Origin: Malacoraja senta
Taxonomy: Eukaryota
Assembly (NCBI GenBank): GCA_038087875.1
Contig: CM075998.1
Span: 2,852,001 to 2,916,000, forward strand
DNA length: 64,000 nucleotides
Direction of reading: 5' to 3'
Part shown: one piece after another, positions 60,901-64,000 of the stretch
How the letters are laid out: each line of letters starts with the position of its first letter
How positions within the stretch are numbered: position 1 is the stretch's first letter
Translations under genes and position numbers: made by a program
Notes under the pieces: generated by a model
The model's input: only the letters and a program-made list of their open reading frames with translations
Told to the model about the DNA's origin: nothing
Database searches by the model: none

Positions 60901-63895
60901 CTGGAAACGGGTCTGCCCAGGAAGCCTTTGTATTAACTGCTGCTGCCACTGTTGCTGTTGATTAGCTGGTTTGCCTCTCGGGTGGAATCCTTGTGGGTTA
61001 CCAACCCCTGGTTGCCTGGAAAATAAAACATTTATTGTAGATACAAGTAATGAAAGGTAGCAGTACTTCGTGCCCTCTTTTAAGGCCGCTTTTCAAATGG
61101 GGGTCATTTGATCTGCTGGAGGGGTAGGTGAGAAAATAAAGTCTTTAAAACGTGCAAGTGACCACTAGCACAAAATGCTATTTAATATTGAAGGCCCCAA
61201 AATCATCAATATATATAGAAATGCATTCAATGAAAATGCGATGTCAGCAAACCTTTGCCATCAGTACGTGTCCCACAACACCTTTCAAGATCAAATACCA
61301 GACCTCACTGCTTGCTGGCTGCACAACATATGCTACAATTCCTTTGGATAAAATGCAGTATTTGGATAATGCTGAATTACAATGCACATAGGAAGATGAA
61401 CACTTACAAGGACTGTTTTCCCTGGAACGAAGGAAGCCGAGGGTGAACTTATAGAGGGGGATAATCACTTTCTCTCAGGATAGTGGAATTTAAAACTAGA
61501 GGGCCCAGGTTTAGGTGGGAGGGGAAAGATTTTAAAGAGGATCTGGGGGGCAATTTTTTTTCCACACTGGGGATGGAGGGTAGAAGAGATAGCAGAAGAA
61601 AGTACTATTACAACGTTTTTAAATATTTGGACAGGTACATGGATAGGAAAGATTACGAAGGATATAGATCAACCAAAATAGATTGATAAGCATCTCAGTT
61701 GACATGAACAAGTTGGGGCGAAGTGCCTGTTTCCATGTGCGCGGCTCCATGAATCTATAGCTCTTCTGTGGCACAAGCGTTATTTTTCTCTGCCTTCTCT
61801 GTTTTTAAGAACATTCGAGGATTAAAGTTAAAGGAACAGAATACCCTTGATTTATATTTAGATGAAAATGGGTAGCTTGGGGGCTTTACCAAGGATCAAT
61901 TTTAAAATTCCAGAATGTCGTGATAAATTGGAATTTGATATTTTCTAGTTGTGATTGGGCCTCTTACCCCATGTACCTACATGACAGAAGCACACTTAAT
62001 GTAAATTAGTGCAGGGATATAATGTACATATGCACATATACTCAGTCATTCAAAAGATTAAATATATTAATGGACAACTTGAATTGGAATTCATAAAAAA
62101 TAGCATACAGACGAATACAACAGTCGTAAGCAATTATGCTCGATCCAGTTGAAGAGCATTATGCTTTTTTTTTGTATATCCACAAGTAATCACATGCTTT
62201 GAACACTATCCTCTACATGCAGTGTAGATATATAACTGTGCAGTGGCGGCGCCTAACGGCAGCGGCTCGACTACAGTCGTCTGTCTTTTTTTATTTTTGT
62301 CTTGTTAAATGTATGTCTTGAGCTTAGTTTTTATTATTTTTTAGCTGTGTATATGTGGGGGGTGGAGGGGGGGATGTGGGGGAAACCATTAGTCTCTTCC
62401 CTGTACGGGGACACGACTTTTTCCCTGTCGGGTCTCCGATGTTGTTGGGCCTAACATCGTGGAGCCGGCGGCGGCCTCCGGCCAGGATCAACCCGAGGGC
62501 TCCAGTCGCAGAGCCTGCGGACCTGACATCGCAGAGCTGGCCGTCTTCGGAGCAGGGAGAGCTGTGGTGGCGCTCGGCTGCGACCCGACTTTGGAGTTTC
62601 AGAAGCTCCGGCTGCAGGCCCGGTGGACAGGAACATCGGGAGCTCCAGGTCCCTGGTGGGAGACGGCTTTTCGGAGCTCCCGCAACGGCAACTTCTCCCG
62701 CTTGAACCGCGGGGTTTAAAGGACACGGAGCCAGGGCCTAACATCGCCCGGCGTGGCTAAATGGCCACAGGACTTAGCATCGTCCGCCGGGGGCTTTAAC
62801 ATCGGAGCCCCAGTTCGCCTAGACGCTGCAGTTGGACTGCTGGACCGTGGGTGAAGAATAAAGGGAAGAGATAAGACTTTGCCTTCCATCACAGTGAGGA
62901 GGTGCTGGAGACTCACTGTGATGGATGTTTATGTAAACTGTGTTAAGTGTGGGGGTTTTTTGTAATGTAAAAAACTGTAGTAAATGAAATTTCGTTCAAA
63001 CCTAGGTTTGAATGACAATAAATAGCATTCCATTCCATGCTTTGACAAACGACACTATTAAATCAACCAGCATGCATTTTGACATTTTGATGCATGCAGA
63101 TGTTTATTAAATCGCACATACCTGGGAGTGTTCACTTCACCAGCAGGGGAAATGCCTGGTTGTTGAGGCCGACAGAGACTCTCCTCCTGAGGAAATAAAT
63201 GCTGTTTTTCTATTACCACTGGATTCATTAACCTGCCGTTTCCAGAGCCAGGGATCAGACCTCGCAGACCAGACCGATCCTGCAAAACAAAATTACTTTT
63301 AGCCCTTAAAGTGCAAACATTAAACCTCAACACAAAGTGCGTGTGACGTATTTGCGACAACATAATTTGGCACTGAAATATTGAACTCATTCTTCCCACG
63401 TTTTCTTACAAACTATCTTCAAGCTTGATCCGTTCAGTAATTTTAATACAAGAGATTCCAAGTGTTCAAACTCGAAGCATAGTCCATTTAATAATTCCAG
63501 GGAGCAAATACACGAGGCACAGCTAGATGGACAAATATAGGGACATAGACATTGGGACAAATGATTTTGCACTAAACAATTCTACAAGTGAAAACTTCAA
63601 CCTTTCCAGATGAGGATACAAAGCCTAATTAGATATCAGTTGATGGAGACCTACAGAAGAAAACCTTTATTTGAAAAGTTGTTTAAAGTATCAGATATCC
63701 AGTATCAGTCAGTACCTGAGAGAGGGGGTATGGAGGTGGTGCTCTTGTTTGCAGCTCATGAGGCTGACTGGAATTTTCTTGTGACCAATTTGTTGTAGCA
63801 GTGCTGCTACCACATGCAGCAGCCTGTTCTTTCTCCTGTCGCAAGTTATTCCGTTGAATTTGCTGACGTATCAAAAGCTGACGTAACCTCTGGCG
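14872..63895 (-). CDS. KMT2D: KMT2D (histone H3K4 methyltransferase MLL4/MLL2), 3' half; 24 coding exons in window, gene continues beyond the right edge
   Basis: Spliced translation gives KMT2D-type sequence ([124 protein letters not shown]). All junctions are GT-AG with matching phases. Confidence 0.96.
15190..15520 (-). mobile_element. Penelope-like element fragment with oppositely oriented pLTR piece
   Basis: Minus strand [26 protein letters not shown] (PLE RT thumb region); plus strand GAAGAAGGGTCTCGACCGGAAACGTCACC at 15473-15501. Confidence 0.75.
16005..16828 (-). mobile_element. Young 5'-truncated CR1 LINE
   Basis: Uninterrupted ~245-aa ORF2 C-terminus ([13 protein letters not shown]...[14 protein letters not shown]) and TTTCTATG tail. 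Confidence 0.95.
17120..17250 (+). mobile_element. Older Penelope pLTR-derived unit
   Basis: CTGAAGAAGGACCCCGACTCAAAATGTCACC...CCAGAGATGCT. Confidence 0.6.
17431..17539 (-). CDS. KMT2D: KMT2D exon, SET domain ([10 protein letters not shown]...IPKGEE)
   Basis: gtgcag / gtaagt, 109 nt, phase 2/0; NHSCxPN SET signature. Confidence 0.97.
18331..18404 (-). CDS. KMT2D: KMT2D exon, SET domain ([25 protein letters not shown])
   Basis: cttcag / gtaggt, 74 nt, phase 0/2. Confidence 0.96.
19464..19770 (+). mobile_element. Full-length V-SINE (HE1-like)
   Basis: Head, V-domain and tail intact; CpGs retained. Confidence 0.9.
20023..20139 (-). CDS. KMT2D: KMT2D exon, SET domain ([21 protein letters not shown]...LYETQ)
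   Basis: ttatag / gtatgg, 117 nt, phase 0/0. Confidence 0.96.
20663..20831 (-). CDS. KMT2D: KMT2D exon, pre-SET and SET start (PHTLNSTS...VYLARSRIQ)
   Basis: aag / gtgagt, 169 nt, phase 2/0. Confidence 0.96.
21040..21460 (-). mobile_element. Diverged CR1 3' fragment
   Basis: Resembles the CR1 3'UTR and ORF2 end on the minus strand. Confidence 0.55.
21563..21693 (-). CDS. KMT2D: KMT2D exon (~ex50), FYRC end and WIN motif (GCARSEP)
   Basis: [44 protein letters not shown]; 131 nt, phase 0/2. Confidence 0.96.
21945..22689 (+). mobile_element. GC-rich non-autonomous retroposon
   Basis: Shares architecture with 62243-63037; AATAAA then (TTCTGA)n tail. Confidence 0.7.
22946..23156 (+). mobile_element. 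Solo Tc1 terminal inverted-repeat fragment
   Basis: TA-CAGT start; matches the left IR of the element at 53827. Confidence 0.8.
23895..24031 (-). CDS. KMT2D: KMT2D exon (~ex49), FYRC domain
   Basis: VWNRILDP...[28 protein letters not shown]; 137 nt, phase 1/0. Confidence 0.96.
24744..25839 (-). CDS. KMT2D: KMT2D exon (~ex48): extended PHD finger and FYRN domain
   Basis: 374-aa ORF with RCCFCHE...[10 protein letters not shown]...[11 protein letters not shown] and [16 protein letters not shown]...YWS; cttcag / gtaaaa; 1096 nt, phase 0/1. Confidence 0.97.
26907..27037 (-). CDS. KMT2D: KMT2D exon (~ex47), ...[12 protein letters not shown]...
   Basis: tagtag acceptor (alternative end 27040), gtatgt donor, phase 1/0. 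Confidence 0.87.
27183..27430 (+). mobile_element. Diverged V-SINE
   Basis: Head, V-domain and tail remnants. Confidence 0.65.
27440..27856 (+). mobile_element. CR1 LINE 3' end
   Basis: [24 protein letters not shown]...; near-identical to 10870-11280. Confidence 0.92.
28404..28545 (-). CDS. KMT2D: KMT2D exon (~ex46), [23 protein letters not shown]...
   Basis: ttatag / gtatgt, 142 nt, phase 0/1. Confidence 0.9.
28817..28959 (-). CDS. KMT2D: KMT2D exon (~ex45), VFPDTKPF...[13 protein letters not shown]
   Basis: ctttag / gtgaat, 143 nt, phase 1/0. Confidence 0.9.
29262..29682 (-). mobile_element. CR1 LINE internal fragment
   Basis: [19 protein letters not shown]; [15 protein letters not shown]. 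Confidence 0.9.
29698..30428. mobile_element. ~730-bp palindromic MITE / foldback element
   Basis: Termini AATAAGCGAGTTTGGTATTC and GAATACCGAACTTGCTTATT; long internal inverted arms. Confidence 0.8.
31076..31191 (+). mobile_element. Young Penelope pLTR-derived insert with intact hammerhead core
   Basis: 12-bp TSD ATTAAACATTGC (31064-31075 and 31192-31203). Confidence 0.8.
31095..31130 (+). ncRNA. Candidate minimal type I hammerhead ribozyme
   Basis: CUGAGGA-A-GGGU(UUCG)GCCC-GAAAC-GUU; palindromic stem III; very short stem I. Confidence 0.5.
31236..31411 (-). CDS. KMT2D: KMT2D exon (~ex44), [16 protein letters not shown]...[12 protein letters not shown]
   Basis: cagtag acceptor (alternative end 31414), gttagt donor, 176 nt, phase 2/1. 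Confidence 0.92.
32225..32306 (-). CDS. KMT2D: KMT2D exon (~ex43), [18 protein letters not shown]
   Basis: ttgcag / gttttt, 82 nt, phase 1/2; LPTPPHNQ motif. Confidence 0.9.
32599..33230 (+). mobile_element. V-SINE split by a Rex1-like LINE 3' end (~32692-33060)
   Basis: SINE head stops at TGTGTGGGA and resumes at GGTGTGGAG; the insert encodes GKRYRSI...SFFPQAI and ends in an (AATACTG)n tail. Confidence 0.7.
33519..33657 (-). CDS. KMT2D: KMT2D exon (~ex42), [28 protein letters not shown]
   Basis: cagcag acceptor (alternative end 33660), gtatga donor, phase 0/1. Confidence 0.93.
33805..34245 (-). mobile_element. Penelope-like element fragment (RT thumb region plus pLTR piece) with internal (CT)n-rich tract
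   Basis: [34 protein letters not shown]...FFREGGFP is the PLE signature. Confidence 0.85.
33855..33946. repeat. (GGAGAG)n/(GA)n microsatellite
   Basis: Seen directly. Confidence 0.9.
34725..34970 (-). mobile_element. V-SINE (HE1-like)
   Basis: Reverse complement of tail, V-domain and head. Confidence 0.8.
35278..35442 (-). CDS. KMT2D: KMT2D exon (~ex41), [10 protein letters not shown]...[10 protein letters not shown]
   Basis: ccccag / gtaaat, 165 nt, phase 0/0. Confidence 0.92.
35833..35979 (-). CDS. KMT2D: KMT2D exon (~ex40), ...RKKSKKEEG...DALMKQLQQ
   Basis: aag / gtatca, 147 nt, phase 0/0. Confidence 0.85.
36356..41902 (-). CDS. KMT2D: KMT2D giant Q-rich exon (~ex39), 1849 codons
   Basis: Starts [12 protein letters not shown] after tttcag; contains [16 protein letters not shown]; donor gttagt; 5547 nt, phase 0/0. 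Confidence 0.93.
38380..40260 (-). repeat. Coding minisatellite, mostly 33-bp (11-aa) units, inside the KMT2D giant exon
   Basis: Recurrent GTGCCCTGGGTCTGGGGCTGTTGTCC-type units encoding GTxGQQPxTQ, [10 protein letters not shown] and [10 protein letters not shown] variants. Confidence 0.9.
42603..42835 (-). CDS. KMT2D: KMT2D exon (~ex38), coiled coil [11 protein letters not shown]...KIQKQLDQ
   Basis: tgtag / gtaagg, 233 nt, phase 1/0. Confidence 0.95.
44452..44775. mobile_element. PIF/Harbinger-type MITE
   Basis: TIR GCCCTGTCCCACTGTACGAGTTCATTCAA; TAA on both flanks. Confidence 0.85.
45355..45418 (-). CDS. KMT2D: KMT2D exon (~ex37), [21 protein letters not shown]
   Basis: caacag / gtaagt, 64 nt, phase 0/1; RPNPPTF motif. 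Confidence 0.9.
46161..46248 (-). CDS. KMT2D: KMT2D exon (~ex36), [13 protein letters not shown]...
   Basis: cttag / gtatgt, 88 nt, phase 2/0. Confidence 0.9.
46445..46568 (-). CDS. KMT2D: KMT2D exon (~ex35), [32 protein letters not shown]
   Basis: tttgtag / gtaggt, 124 nt, phase 1/2; strongly conserved motif. Confidence 0.95.
48195..48506 (+). mobile_element. L2-clade LINE 3' end
   Basis: [17 protein letters not shown]...[14 protein letters not shown]; AATAAA then (GACTT)n tail. Confidence 0.9.
49286..49690. mobile_element. PIF/Harbinger-type MITE
   Basis: Perfect TIR AGGGCCTGTCCCACTTAGGCTATTTTT; TAA TSD. Confidence 0.9.
50270..50440 (+). mobile_element. Degenerate RTE-clade LINE endonuclease N-terminus
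   Basis: [25 protein letters not shown] resembles the RTE consensus TWNVRTLMD..PERRTALVARELA. Confidence 0.55.
50610..51815 (+). mobile_element. Degenerate Rex1/Babar LINE 3' fragment
   Basis: [36 protein letters not shown]...[12 protein letters not shown]. Confidence 0.8.
52389..52535 (-). mobile_element. Young Penelope pLTR-derived insert with inverted 5' segment
   Basis: 14-bp TSD TAACATTTAATGTA (52375-52388 and 52536-52549); 23-bp inverted repeat. Confidence 0.8.
52631..52880 (-). mobile_element. Diverged V-SINE
   Basis: Tail and V-domain in reverse complement. Confidence 0.65.
53827..54910 (+). mobile_element. Internally deleted Tc1-like DNA transposon (IR/DR type)
   Basis: ~240-bp IRs with CAGTG...CACTG ends; transposase remnant DNDPKHTAK...[13 protein letters not shown]...ACKGYATKY*. 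Confidence 0.92.
55684..55770 (+). mobile_element. Young Penelope pLTR-derived insert
   Basis: 14-bp TSD TATGTTCAAACAAT (55670-55683 and 55771-55784). Confidence 0.8.
58638..61015 (-). CDS. KMT2D: KMT2D large exon (~ex34), includes [32 protein letters not shown] and polyQ tracts
   Basis: Extends the 760-aa ORF; ttttccag acceptor, gtacag donor after FFPDT; 2378 nt, phase 2/1. Confidence 0.93.
61400..61760 (+). mobile_element. Diverged CR1 3' fragment
   Basis: Degenerate ORF2 end and 3'UTR tail. Confidence 0.6.
62243..63037 (+). mobile_element. GC-rich non-autonomous retroposon
   Basis: Related to 21945-22689; AATAAA then (CATTC)n tail. Confidence 0.7.
63122..63279 (-). CDS. KMT2D: KMT2D exon (~ex33), [10 protein letters not shown]...EVNTPR
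   Basis: ttgcag / gtatgt, 158 nt, phase 0/2, fits flanking exons. Confidence 0.85.
63716..63895 (-). CDS. KMT2D: KMT2D exon (~human ex32), [22 protein letters not shown]...PPPYPLSQ
   Basis: ttcag acceptor, gtactg donor, 180 nt, phase 0/0; contains LxxLL (LRQLL). Confidence 0.92.
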
Positions 63896-64000
63896 CTGAA
63901 GAAACGCAAAGTATTTCAATTTCAACAAAATTTTCTTCTTTCACATCTGAATAGCAAACAGTTCCATTGCCACAGGTTGACAATGCAACAATAACAGTGT

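Noticed and set aside
14872-63895. Assignment to KMT2C (MLL3)
   Set aside because: Residues such as [37 protein letters not shown] and [30 protein letters not shown] fit KMT2D.

Overview
Eukaryotic genomic DNA from a cartilaginous fish, probably a skate or ray (inferred from HE1-like V-SINEs and CR1/Penelope repeat content). The minus strand from about 12.1 kb to the window end carries the 3' half of KMT2D (MLL4/MLL2 H3K4 methyltransferase). I reconstructed 24 coding exons with GT-AG junctions and consistent reading phases, running from the Q-rich region through ePHD, FYRN/FYRC, WIN, SET and post-SET to the TAA at 14872-14874, followed by a repeat-poor 3'UTR of about 2.8 kb. A CpG-rich promoter at about 5.6-6.1 kb has a 15-nt minus-strand first coding exon (MAMES|gt) that fits PRKAG1 by synteny. 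Introns and intergenic DNA hold CR1, L2, Rex1, RTE and Penelope fragments, V-SINEs, a deleted Tc1 element and several MITEs. Main points of interest: (i) a young family of short Penelope-derived inserts carrying a minimal hammerhead-ribozyme motif; (ii) a 5.5-kb KMT2D exon expanded by an 11-aa Q/G/P/T tandem repeat; (iii) an extra intron in the SET-coding region; (iv) a candidate recursive splice site. Human exon numbers and sizes are recalled from memory and should be verified.
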